A DNA stretch of 38,905 nucleotides. Origin: a virus. Under the pieces are notes generated by a model. It was not told where the DNA came from. It was given only the letters and a program-made list of their open reading frames with translations, and searched no databases. This document shows positions 1 through 8,866 of this stretch, piece after piece. The DNA lies in UHGV virus genome UHGV-0112704. One strand, written 5' to 3'. Each line of letters begins with the position of its first letter. Positions within the stretch are counted from its first letter, which is position 1. A program made the translations under genes and the position numbers.

Positions 1-449
1 GAAGGCCACGGAACAGGGACACCAACAGGTAATGCAGAGCCTTCTCCCAAACCAAGGTTTGCGAGACCGTTTTTTGACGTTAATACAGGAGTCCATTTTG
101 CTGATGGCGGCTGGCTACCAATATTTGCATTTTGTAAGGACTGATAAGATTCACCGTTATGTGTGCAGATCGAACCGATATGATATTCCTGTTCTGCATG
201 CCACTCTGGAACCCCCATTTGGTGCTGATACGCAATGAACTGACTCATTGCATACATTGCCGCATTGAAGTCCTCAAGCGAGGGGTGTTCGGAAGCGCCA
301 ACAATGCCCCATCCGCGAAGGAAAGATGCCGTAATTTGCGAGGTCAGGTCATCCGCCTGATTTGTTCCACCAAACACGGTTCTTTCCATTCCCTGTGCAT
401 CAGAGGCAAAAGCCCGAACATCTCCCTGATATCGTACAATCTTAGACAT
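1..449 (-). CDS. putative tail fibre protein, 5' (N-terminal) portion; gene continues beyond window start
   Basis: ATG at 449-447 overlaps the stop of the upstream gene (ATGTCTAA). I hand-checked that this frame has no stop codon down to position 3. Sits where the fibre gene follows the gp48-like gene in a Mu-like baseplate block. Not in the ORF track because it is truncated. Confidence 0.45.
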   Translation of the reverse strand, partial: MSKIVRYQGDVRAFASDAQGMERTVFGGTNQADDLTSQITASFLRGWGIVGASEHPSLEDFNAAMYAMSQFIAYQHQMGVPEWHAEQEYHIGSICTHNGESYQSLQNANIGSQPPSAKWTPVLTSKNGLANLGLGEGSALPVGVPVPWP

Positions 450-1164
450 GGATTTTCCTCGAAAAAAAACCGCCCTGGTAGGCGGTATTAAACTTGCTGG
501 CGAATCCTCTGGCCGAAGGGTTTCGCGAGAAACCGAATGTCAGACCAGGAGTCACCTGATAAAAATAATCGTATCGAACGCCCGCAGGTTTCGGCAGCAG
601 GCCAAGCTTCACAATCAGGCGTAACTCTTCAACTGATACCCGCGGCGAAACGTTCAAAGCAAGCGTCATGTCTTTTCTGTCGGTCACGTAAGCTTCGCCG
701 TTGAAAGCCGTCTGTATAACATCCTGCAGGCTGACCCGATCGTCTGACGCTATCGTTGCACCTGCGGCGTTTCGCGCAATTTTGACCCGAAGGAACCTGC
801 GATACTCATTGTCAGCCAGTTGATAGTCACCATATGCCGGCGAAAACTTGCTGTAGAAAGGTGCGCCGACATACGCCGCATTAGATTTACTGTCGAAGCC
901 TGCGGTATTCAGATGTCCGTCAAACCCGAAAAATACACGGGCAATAACAGCAGGCACACTACGGTGAAGGCCGACTATCCGGCCAATGACATCAAGCCGG
1001 TATCCGGTAACCCGGTCGAGATCAAAGTTATCTGGGTTACGAATAAAATCGGCGATGATTTGCCAGTGCCTGAGCATGGCCTGTATCTCTGATCTTGCTT
1101 TTTTCTTTTCCCAATATTGTTTGATGAGCATTAGCGTGTAGCGGTTAATGATGTCGTCATTCAC
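442..1164 (-). CDS. baseplate/tail protein, DUF2313 (Mu gp48 / YmfQ-like)
   Basis: 240 aa ORF; N-terminal region recalled as DUF2313-like; position between the J-like baseplate gene and the fibre gene. Confidence 0.55.
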   Translation of the reverse strand: MNDDIINRYTLMLIKQYWEKKKARSEIQAMLRHWQIIADFIRNPDNFDLDRVTGYRLDVIGRIVGLHRSVPAVIARVFFGFDGHLNTAGFDSKSNAAYVGAPFYSKFSPAYGDYQLADNEYRRFLRVKIARNAAGATIASDDRVSLQDVIQTAFNGEAYVTDRKDMTLALNVSPRVSVEELRLIVKLGLLPKPAGVRYDYFYQVTPGLTFGFSRNPSARGFASKFNTAYQGGFFSRKIHV

Positions 1165-2342
1165 TGGACCACCTCGTTAACGTCTATATTTTCCACACTC
1201 AACGTGAACTTTCCCTGAAAGCCTGGCGATAACTCAGCATCGGTGTAATCTGCCCCATTACTGCTAATTTGCAGATTGGTCAGCACAAAATTTACCCGTC
1301 CTACCCCATACCCATTCTCATAAAATTCATTGGCATCCACAGACTCACCAATATGCATGGTGCGTGATGCAAGAGATTTTTTGAGAGTATCGATATCTAT
1401 CGGTTCGCTTTGAATCTTCCGGCGGGCATTAAGCCTGATATGAAGCGGCTTATAGATGGGCCGATCAAACTGAAGTTCATGGGCTATCAGAAATGAAGTG
1501 CCGTCAGGCCGAATCAGGGTCTCGGTAAAACGTCCGGTTATGCTGCCTTTCGTTCCCGTTCCACCGCCTTTCTGTTTAACCATCACCTCCACAATTTCTG
1601 AAATCGCTCCCCCCTCAACGACCAGCCATATTGAATTGGCCGGGATACCCGTCGTCGGATTATCAATTTTTGTGTCGTTCTCTCCGATATTCAGATCAAT
1701 TACACCTGTCAGTTGAGCAACTTTAGCGAAAACCGCCCCAGTGCTACCTGTTGCCGGGTTCTCAAGCGACCGGTTCCGGCGTTGCCTGAATTCTTCAGGC
1801 GTTTCCTCATCCCGACCGACCACAACCGCGGAATCAGAGATAATGCTCACAATCCCTGGTTCTGGTGTGAGTTGAGTGAAGGTGTCGTTCACAAGCCCAG
1901 TAACTTTCCCAAAGTTTTGAGCAAAAAAGGTGGCTGTTGTGACGCCCGCCGGAACGGTCACGTCCTGTCGGATAGCCCAGACCTGATTTGCCTGGTCCCG
2001 TATCTTGTACCCGCTATAGAGAAGCACCGGCCTGTCTGTTGTGACTTTAAGGTCACGCTGAGACCGGGAGCCGGGGCGAAGGAAAAGCCCGTGAAGTTTG
2101 GCGATAATCTGCTGCATATCACCAGTATTAAAATCGGGGTCCATTTGGGAATAAAGCCATTGCAGCGCGGCTTCAATATCTGCCCGAGCCTGAGCTTCGA
2201 TTGCCACGCGTTGACCGTCGGGAGATTCCTGGTCTAAATCGATATCCTGACCATAAATTCCCTTATATCCGTCGCTCAGTTCCTGAAATAACTCCCGGAG
2301 AGTGCTTGTCTCAAGGCCGTTGTCGCTAAACTGTAGTGCCAT
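1161..2342 (-). CDS. baseplate J-like protein (Mu gp47-like)
   Basis: 393 aa ORF, 4 bp overlap with the next gene; size and position typical of baseplate J in Mu-like tail modules. Confidence 0.5.
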   Translation of the reverse strand: MALQFSDNGLETSTLRELFQELSDGYKGIYGQDIDLDQESPDGQRVAIEAQARADIEAALQWLYSQMDPDFNTGDMQQIIAKLHGLFLRPGSRSQRDLKVTTDRPVLLYSGYKIRDQANQVWAIRQDVTVPAGVTTATFFAQNFGKVTGLVNDTFTQLTPEPGIVSIISDSAVVVGRDEETPEEFRQRRNRSLENPATGSTGAVFAKVAQLTGVIDLNIGENDTKIDNPTTGIPANSIWLVVEGGAISEIVEVMVKQKGGGTGTKGSITGRFTETLIRPDGTSFLIAHELQFDRPIYKPLHIRLNARRKIQSEPIDIDTLKKSLASRTMHIGESVDANEFYENGYGVGRVNFVLTNLQISSNGADYTDAELSPGFQGKFTLSVENIDVNEVVQ

Positions 2343-2706
2343 TCTTCAACGCTCCGTTGACCGGGAAGGTGATCGTCTGCTGGTCATAGACGGTCTCAAT
2401 GCTGAGTTCGATTTTTTGTGACCGGGTGGCCTTATTGACCTCCATCGCCAGAGCGGTAATGCGCATAACCCCATCCGTCGCCAGCGTCACGCGCTCTATC
2501 TCCCGCAGAATCTCCTGCTCGGTGTTTTTCTCTGATAACAGGTAAAGCCAGTCGATGTTGTCATCCATGTTGAGAGGATTATCGTTTTTGAACGAGCGGA
2601 TCCGGCATTTGGCTTTCTGCGCGATAGCAGCACCGCCAGTTATATAGTTTGCCTTCCCGCGCCCAAATCCCCAGTCGTCATTTTTATCAAGTGCTGAAAC
2701 AATCAT
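2326..2706 (-). CDS. baseplate protein (Mu gp46 / GPW-like)
   Basis: 126 aa ORF coupled between the spike-like and J-like genes. Confidence 0.45.
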   Translation of the reverse strand: MIVSALDKNDDWGFGRGKANYITGGAAIAQKAKCRIRSFKNDNPLNMDDNIDWLYLLSEKNTEQEILREIERVTLATDGVMRITALAMEVNKATRSQKIELSIETVYDQQTITFPVNGALKNGTTV

Positions 2707-3320
2707 GAGATCTCCGTGACAATACCGTTGGTAACTGTGATTGTTTTCCCGTCATCGCTTCGAAATGAACCAGACACCCCAGACTTACCGCCTGTCTTTA
2801 CCTGGGAATATTGAAGTACATTCAGAACATCGCATTCTTCCAGAGTCGTCTTACCATCTTTCTGGGTAATATTTCCTGTGAGGTTTAAATCACCCTCGTG
2901 GTCAGAATCCCCCTTCATCATCCTGTTCTTCTTAGGGATATTGATCGCGGTAGCCTGTGGGTTAACCCCACACAGAGCGAAGCCATCTGAATAATCGTGC
3001 ATACGCATTTCAAGTGGTGAAACAAAGTCGCTACCCGCATACCAAGCGTCATAACAACGCTCAGAGATAAGGACGAGGCAATAGTCACCAGCCGCAATTG
3101 GTTCGGCGATATAACTATCACCGCCTTGCAAAATTACCGGGGGGACTTCAATGAACTCTGGGAGTTGCTTGCTGCTCCCTTTCACAACCCGATTGATAAC
3201 GGGGACGCAACTGATTGTTTTGTCATTTACAGACGTTATTTTTGCGACAACAATGGTGTGAACATCGGCCAGAGCAAATTCAACACCCAGGCCGATAGTG
3301 TCGTGAAGTTCTTCGATCAT
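2703..3320 (-). CDS. baseplate assembly protein V / central spike (Mu gp45-like)
   Basis: 205 aa ORF; position and size typical of gpV-type spike proteins. Confidence 0.5.
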   Translation of the reverse strand: MIEELHDTIGLGVEFALADVHTIVVAKITSVNDKTISCVPVINRVVKGSSKQLPEFIEVPPVILQGGDSYIAEPIAAGDYCLVLISERCYDAWYAGSDFVSPLEMRMHDYSDGFALCGVNPQATAINIPKKNRMMKGDSDHEGDLNLTGNITQKDGKTTLEECDVLNVLQYSQVKTGGKSGVSGSFRSDDGKTITVTNGIVTEIS

Positions 3321-3435
3321 AAATTAAGCCCATAAAAAACCGCCAGAGTGGGTTCAATGGATGGCTAGATAAATACTCATACTAATCGCCGTAGAGCGAA
3401 CCTGCGCCAGCGTTTAATACTAAGGAGAGTCACTC

Positions 3436-3969
3436 ATGGGATTCAAATTCAGACAGCGCATCAAAATTGCACCAGGCATTCATATAAACATAGGTAAAAC
3501 AGGCATTACTAGCGCATCAATTGGTAAGGCTGGTGCTACCCTGAACGTTGGTAAAAAAGGGGTAAAGGCAACCGCAGGCATTCCCGGTACCGGTTTGTCT
3601 TACACGAGTGGAAACTTGCTCGCGGGTCAAAAGAGCTCCACCGGTAAACACGCTGAGAACGTAGAGGAACAAGCACCTGAGCGGCTTGGTTTCTTTTCGG
3701 ACTCAACGTTGTTAGAGGATGGTCAGGAAGATATTCAACCACCTCGCCCATTGGTCATGGTATTAACCCATAAGCAATTTAGAAAACTATCAACCGAGGA
3801 GAAAACGGCATTTAAAAATGCAGGTGGTAAGGTGAAGTTTTCAATAGGCGAGAAAATTTTTATTCTCACAGTCATTATTTTTGCTCTTGGCTGGCTTTCA
3901 GATCGTCACCCACCAGAAAAAACCAATTCCAGCGTAACGCAAGAAGTAAAATCTTCAGTTAACAACTGA
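3436..3969 (+). CDS. DUF4236-family protein with C-terminal transmembrane segment (moron)
   Basis: 177 aa; N-terminus MGFKFRQRIKIAPGIHINIGKTGITSASIGKAGATLNVGKKG...GTGLSYTSG matches my recollection of the DUF4236 signature; C-terminal hydrophobic stretch IFILTVIIFALGWL; AAGGAG Shine-Dalgarno before the ATG; opposite orientation to the surrounding tail genes. Confidence 0.55.
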   Translation: MGFKFRQRIKIAPGIHINIGKTGITSASIGKAGATLNVGKKGVKATAGIPGTGLSYTSGNLLAGQKSSTGKHAENVEEQAPERLGFFSDSTLLEDGQEDIQPPRPLVMVLTHKQFRKLSTEEKTAFKNAGGKVKFSIGEKIFILTVIIFALGWLSDRHPPEKTNSSVTQEVKSSVNN

Positions 3970-4902
3970 GTAATTTCCGGCAGGCTGGCATACCACCTTC
4001 TGATACCAGGCTGCCCCGTTGTTCTGCCCGCTGGTTTCAATCTGGTATATCTTATAAACCCCGTTTAACGCGGGGTTCGTCACGCTTTCAACAGCGCAAA
4101 GCCCACCGATCACCAGCATAGGATTCAGTTTCGTATCGAATACGATCTGCCCTTTCGAGGATTTGGCTAAGGTACTCGAGTCAGTATCTTTTTTGCCTGC
4201 CGGATCCGTATCAGGCTCATTGGTTGGCATCTTGGCTTTCTTCCCCCCGTCATCCTGTGCGCTAATCTTCGTTGCCTGAGGCGTATTTAGCAGACCGCTA
4301 CGCGCATTCACGACTGGAATGTTACCCGATGTAACCTCATTAGCCTTGAGGATGTGGACGCGCTCATCTTTGATGAAAAATGACTCGTCGGACGCAAGGG
4401 TATCGGTAAGAATTTTACTGGAGCTACCTACCAGAACCTTCGGCCTGATGAGTGCTTGTTGCTTCGTCACAGAGCCTTTTTTCGTGTTTGGCATATCCTG
4501 CAAGACAGAATCGACGACCTGATCTTTCCCGCGTACCGTGCGCGATGTGAAAGCGTTGATATAGTCGTGGCCACCGTCTTCACATTCCAGGCTGACGATG
4601 TGGATCGCCCCCTCACGCTTTACTGCTCCGCTTTTAACCGAACCCTGAAATACCTGGCGCAGCTTGCCGTCGTAACCAACCTCGAGTCGAACGGGGATAT
4701 ACTTCTCTTCATCTTCGGACTTGAGCAATTGCAGACGCGTGGAAGGCTTTAGCCCGTTGATGGACACACTCAGCTTGCCGAGTGACTTCTTGTCCACAGT
4801 TTCCAGCGCCTTGAATGACACGGTGATCGGTGGCTCGATAATCACTGCTTGATTGCCGATCCCCACCGTCAGCCGATAATCACGGTAAAAAGTATCCATC
4901 AC
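3955..4902 (-). CDS. tail/baseplate hub protein (Mu gp44-like position)
   Basis: 315 aa ORF in the baseplate block; assignment by position only. Confidence 0.35.
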   Translation of the reverse strand: MMDTFYRDYRLTVGIGNQAVIIEPPITVSFKALETVDKKSLGKLSVSINGLKPSTRLQLLKSEDEEKYIPVRLEVGYDGKLRQVFQGSVKSGAVKREGAIHIVSLECEDGGHDYINAFTSRTVRGKDQVVDSVLQDMPNTKKGSVTKQQALIRPKVLVGSSSKILTDTLASDESFFIKDERVHILKANEVTSGNIPVVNARSGLLNTPQATKISAQDDGGKKAKMPTNEPDTDPAGKKDTDSSTLAKSSKGQIVFDTKLNPMLVIGGLCAVESVTNPALNGVYKIYQIETSGQNNGAAWYQKVVCQPAGNYSVVN

Positions 4903-5234
4903 GGCACGTCTCCCCCGCGAATATCAATCATCTCTTCCGGCGTGACCAGATACATTTCGATGCGACCACTGGCGAAGTCGTCAGCCCGATATGGGTCAAT
5001 GCCGGAATTGTCAGCGCAAAGTAACACAACGTCGAAAGGCCAGTTCTTGTGCCGAAAATGTAGCGTCCCGAGGGACAGCTTCACGCCGTCGATGTAATCA
5101 CCGTTGTACTCCACGCGCATTTTCCACATTTCAACCGTAGGCAGATAACGAATAGTGACCACAGCCTCACCACGGTCAAAAATCAGAACATGCCGCTGGA
5201 TAGGTTCGTCAGTGATGTTGGTTATCGGATCCAT
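4899..5234 (-). CDS. tail protein
   Basis: 111 aa ORF, 4 bp overlap with the downstream gene, inside the tail module. Confidence 0.35.
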   Translation of the reverse strand: MDPITNITDEPIQRHVLIFDRGEAVVTIRYLPTVEMWKMRVEYNGDYIDGVKLSLGTLHFRHKNWPFDVVLLCADNSGIDPYRADDFASGRIEMYLVTPEEMIDIRGGDVP

Positions 5235-5246
5235 ACGTTGCTCTCA

Positions 5247-6053
5247 TTAGAATAAAGATTTCGCCGCCCCTTTTAACGAGGTCATGACTGATTTTGACTG
5301 GCTGGTCCCGTTACTTTTTTTAGAATTATCAGCGGGCGTCTGCGCCCCCTTATTAGCAACGCCCGCCGTTTTTGATTTAGCAGCTGCCGAGGGGGATTTG
5401 AAGTGCTGCTCAATCGGTGCGGTAGTCAGTTGCGTGAAGGTGATTTTTGTAAAACTGGCTTCAAACTTAGTTTCCATCGTTTGATTGTCGGTACTGATGG
5501 TCAGGCCGCTTAACGCCATATTTTCATGGGTGCGATAATCCACCTCCACGGAAATAAGCTGCTTGCCGTAGTACACCCCCTCAATGAAGTCGAGAAATTG
5601 CTCGCGTATACCTTTAGCGCCACCAGTAGACGGGTTGCCCACCAGCCCAAACAGGTCGGCTCCTTTATCAGCCAGGCGTTTTGCCTTTAAGATGGCCTGC
5701 TCTGCGCGGTCGGCAATCTCATTCATTTTTTGCAACTGCTGCTGCGTCTTTGCGGGGATGTACTCCAGCACCTCACCATACTTCGAATAATCTGGCATCA
5801 GGCTAAAAGAAGAGTTTGGTTTCGCATCGACAAAAATATCGGCAACAACACCGCTGATTTTTATCGTCAGCGGGCCATTGATAATGTCGTCTGACGCGTT
5901 ACTGCCATCCTCCAGCACGTCTACAGGAACCTGAGACGGGTATTCAGTAGCATCGCTCACTCGGGCAAACATTGAGAACCCGCCGATCCCTACCTTTTTA
6001 ACAGTATCTTTGCCAGAAGATTGCGCCTGCATGAGGCCGTCTAGAATCCCCAT
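5247..6053 (-). CDS. tail protein (Mu gp43 / DNA-circularisation-protein position)
   Basis: 268 aa ORF immediately downstream of the tape measure gene with a 1 nt overlap. Confidence 0.35.
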   Translation of the reverse strand: MGILDGLMQAQSSGKDTVKKVGIGGFSMFARVSDATEYPSQVPVDVLEDGSNASDDIINGPLTIKISGVVADIFVDAKPNSSFSLMPDYSKYGEVLEYIPAKTQQQLQKMNEIADRAEQAILKAKRLADKGADLFGLVGNPSTGGAKGIREQFLDFIEGVYYGKQLISVEVDYRTHENMALSGLTISTDNQTMETKFEASFTKITFTQLTTAPIEQHFKSPSAAAKSKTAGVANKGAQTPADNSKKSNGTSQSKSVMTSLKGAAKSLF

Positions 6054-7915
6054 TACCGACCTCCTCTGCCACTCAACCGGTTGGCATCCTTCATGTTTTG
6101 TTGCAGGCTATCTGCCGCAGTATTCCCGGCGACAACCGGATCGGATGTGTTGATGTGAATCGTGTTCTGCTGGCTGACGCTTGAATTGCTTGTCACGCCA
6201 CCACCACCGAGTCCCACCGCAGCATTCATGCCGTAAGGAATACCACCAGGACTCATGCCGCCGTTACCGCCGCCGGTTACTCCCTGCTGCTGTTCATCCT
6301 CACCGACCCCGAAGAATGACTTTGTCGCATTCCAGGCATTTGAAGCAGCGTTGCTGATAATATTGCTGATGTATTCCCCCAGCCCAGCAAAGATGTTTTT
6401 CGCCCAGTCAATAAAAGCCGTGAATGGTTTTTTCATCAGTTCGACGCCGTTATCGAAGATTTTTACCACATCCCCCCATGCACCTTCAAAATCGCCAGCG
6501 ACTAACTTCCATAGTGCTGAGAACATCAGCTTCGTGTTTTCGATGGCAGTAGTGAATACATCAACGACAAACGCGCCGGCATCGCCAAACACGTATTTAA
6601 TCGCATCACCAACGACACCAAATGCACCAGTGATAAACGCTATAAGAGAATCAAAGATATTCTGCGCATCCTTCATCGCACCCTGAAAATCACCCGTAAA
6701 CGCACCTGTGATGAGATGCCACACCATCCTGAACATGGAGGCAATCGCATCAGCAAGCGGTTTAAACACGCCAATAGCGTAGTTTATGAAAGCCATGAGC
6801 GACGCTTTCGCCTCTTTCAGTGCGGGAACAATATCTATTCCCCAGTTATCTTTGAAGAAATCAGCAATAACGCTTTGGCCACCTTCCATAGCCGTCAGCA
6901 AATCATCGATAACAAGAACGACAGCGATAATGGCGGCAGTGATCAGTACGACAGGAGAGAATATGGTTGCCAGCACCGCTCTAAGTCCTATAGCAGCAAT
7001 TTTCCAGGCTACAAATCCGGTGGTAATAAGACCAATAATCGGCAGGAAGCGACGGATCATACCCATAACGGAGAAGATAATTTCCCCAAGATGGGCCAGC
7101 CCGTTTTTGATGAGATCCTTATTAGCAATGAGAATGTCCGTAAACCCATCCACCAGGTCTTTCAGTACCGGCACAAATCCGACGGCAACCTGAAATTTGA
7201 TACCATCAAAGCCTTTCCCCAGCGTTGTCAGAGAATCGTTGTAGGCTGCAAACTGATCGGCCTGGTCTTGCGTGACAACACCAAGCGCCTCGGCCTTGTT
7301 CTGCAACGAAGATATTTCTTCGCCCGTCATGGATAGCAACTGCACCATGGAACGGTCGATACCCATCTTATCCAGAACAGAAAACTTCTCTGCCTGGCTC
7401 ATGCCGTGCAGTTTGTCGGCCAGTTCACGAAATATCACATCGGAGTTTTTTACCTGCCCGTTCATATCCTTGAACTGAAGGCCCAGCCTTTCCGCAACGT
7501 CTTTCGCCTCCCCCTCACCGGTGGAAACGAACTCCCCCACTCTTTTTGTCATCTCACCTAGCGAAGCCTGCAACGCATCAACACTTGAGCCATTTACAGA
7601 CGCCGCGTAACCCAGTGACTGAACGGTCTCGATCGCCACCCCCGTTTCCCGGGAGAACTGGACCAGCGGATCAATAGACTGCCTGACAGACGTCACCCAG
7701 CCAGCAACCCCCGCAGCCGAACCGGCGATAGCGGCTCCAAGCCCGGCAAGCAAACCAATAGATGCTTTCAGATTTGCATTGAAGGTTTCCTGCGGCGCCA
7801 GATTACCGATAAAACCGAATTTGGTAATAAGCTCGTTAACTATCGCCATTCCGCGCCTTCTCCATCTCGTAGTGTTGAATGTCTGCGCTGATATTCTCGA
7901 ACTCAAGCATGTCAA
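6053..7915 (-). CDS. tail tape measure protein
   Basis: 620 aa; long Ala/Gly-rich hydrophobic blocks in the middle, Gly-rich C-terminus (GVTGGGNGGMSPGGIPYGMNAAVGLGGGGV); follows the chaperone, tube and sheath genes. Confidence 0.7.
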   Translation of the reverse strand: MTCLSSRISAQTFNTTRWRRRGMAIVNELITKFGFIGNLAPQETFNANLKASIGLLAGLGAAIAGSAAGVAGWVTSVRQSIDPLVQFSRETGVAIETVQSLGYAASVNGSSVDALQASLGEMTKRVGEFVSTGEGEAKDVAERLGLQFKDMNGQVKNSDVIFRELADKLHGMSQAEKFSVLDKMGIDRSMVQLLSMTGEEISSLQNKAEALGVVTQDQADQFAAYNDSLTTLGKGFDGIKFQVAVGFVPVLKDLVDGFTDILIANKDLIKNGLAHLGEIIFSVMGMIRRFLPIIGLITTGFVAWKIAAIGLRAVLATIFSPVVLITAAIIAVVLVIDDLLTAMEGGQSVIADFFKDNWGIDIVPALKEAKASLMAFINYAIGVFKPLADAIASMFRMVWHLITGAFTGDFQGAMKDAQNIFDSLIAFITGAFGVVGDAIKYVFGDAGAFVVDVFTTAIENTKLMFSALWKLVAGDFEGAWGDVVKIFDNGVELMKKPFTAFIDWAKNIFAGLGEYISNIISNAASNAWNATKSFFGVGEDEQQQGVTGGGNGGMSPGGIPYGMNAAVGLGGGGVTSNSSVSQQNTIHINTSDPVVAGNTAADSLQQNMKDANRLSGRGGR

Positions 7916-8002
7916 ACAGCTCTGGTGTGTCTAATTTAACAAGTTCGTGATAGGGGCCGTATCCGGCCTTTGATAGCGCCAGATACATGCTCATGTCGTC
8001 GC

Positions 8003-8416
8003 TTATGTTCGAGGATTTAACGTAAATTTCTGAACGTCTGGAGCTTCTGAACGTGAGTTCATATTGCTCCCGCCCATAAAAGGCAGGCTGATAACCTGAA
8101 GCGCTGTTGTGATTAGCATGACGTAATCACCAGGGTAGGATTCGAAGTGTTCCGGCTGCTTAGACAGTTGCACACCGTCAAACAGAACGTAATCGAACAT
8201 CAGGCGTTCAATTTCCTCAAATCGCTCTGAGTCCAGAAACTCAAGAGACTGCCGCGATAACTCAGAGGCAATGCCTGTGAAGAAGGCAAAAACCTTGCGG
8301 CGTTTTTTGTGTGTCATCGCAGCAAAGTCGTAGCGGTTGCCGTTGATTTCAGCAAAACCGTCATCGTAGACCGCCTTGATCATCTCGAGTGCTTTTTTCT
8401 GCTGTTCTTTAGACAT
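8003..8416 (-). CDS. tail assembly chaperone
   Basis: 137 aa acidic ORF between the tube and tape measure genes; positional call. Confidence 0.4.
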   Translation of the reverse strand: MSKEQQKKALEMIKAVYDDGFAEINGNRYDFAAMTHKKRRKVFAFFTGIASELSRQSLEFLDSERFEEIERLMFDYVLFDGVQLSKQPEHFESYPGDYVMLITTALQVISLPFMGGSNMNSRSEAPDVQKFTLNPRT

Positions 8417-8424
8417 ATCTGACC

Positions 8425-8856
8425 TTATACATTACGCACGACATTGCGGTACTCAATGGTGTATTCCATCAGTGCGTTAACGTCCTGGTTGTTTTTGGTT
8501 TGCGTCGGTTGTGTGGTGATAGAACCGGCCTGAAGATCGTAGGTTTCCTTCAGTGCCGCGCCGTCGCGCACGAACGACTCTTTAACTGAGCCGTTAAAGA
8601 CAACGGGGATCGCGGCGGTACGCTGCTGGTTAAGCCAGATATCATCGTTAGAAAATTTCTGGACACGTATCACCATCACATGCACCCCGGCATCAACACG
8701 CCCCGAGATTGTGACGCCGTTATTCGCACTATTGGCGCGGCTTGTAAGCGGATTGGATGGCGTCAGCGTGACGTAGTCCCCCGCAGCGATATCCGTGATG
8801 ATTCGCCCATTCAGAACGATGGTCGCGGTATCTGCACTGATAACAATCTGAGACAT
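8425..8856 (-). CDS. tail tube protein
   Basis: 143 aa ORF directly downstream of the sheath gene. Confidence 0.5.
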   Translation of the reverse strand: MSQIVISADTATIVLNGRIITDIAAGDYVTLTPSNPLTSRANSANNGVTISGRVDAGVHVMVIRVQKFSNDDIWLNQQRTAAIPVVFNGSVKESFVRDGAALKETYDLQAGSITTQPTQTKNNQDVNALMEYTIEYRNVVRNV

Positions 8857-8866
8857 TTACCGCTCC

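Noticed and set aside
32-491. Plus-strand ORFs 32-238 and 159-491
   Set aside because: They lie antisense to an uninterrupted minus-strand reading frame that starts at the ATG at 449 and is translationally coupled to the upstream baseplate gene; they have no ribosome-binding site and read as low-complexity sequence.
6255-7478. Plus-strand ORFs inside the tape measure gene (6255-6686, 6716-7336, 6786-7193, 7272-7478)
   Set aside because: Antisense to a 620 aa gene with clear tape-measure character; Ser/Thr/Pro/Ala-rich translations typical of shadow frames.
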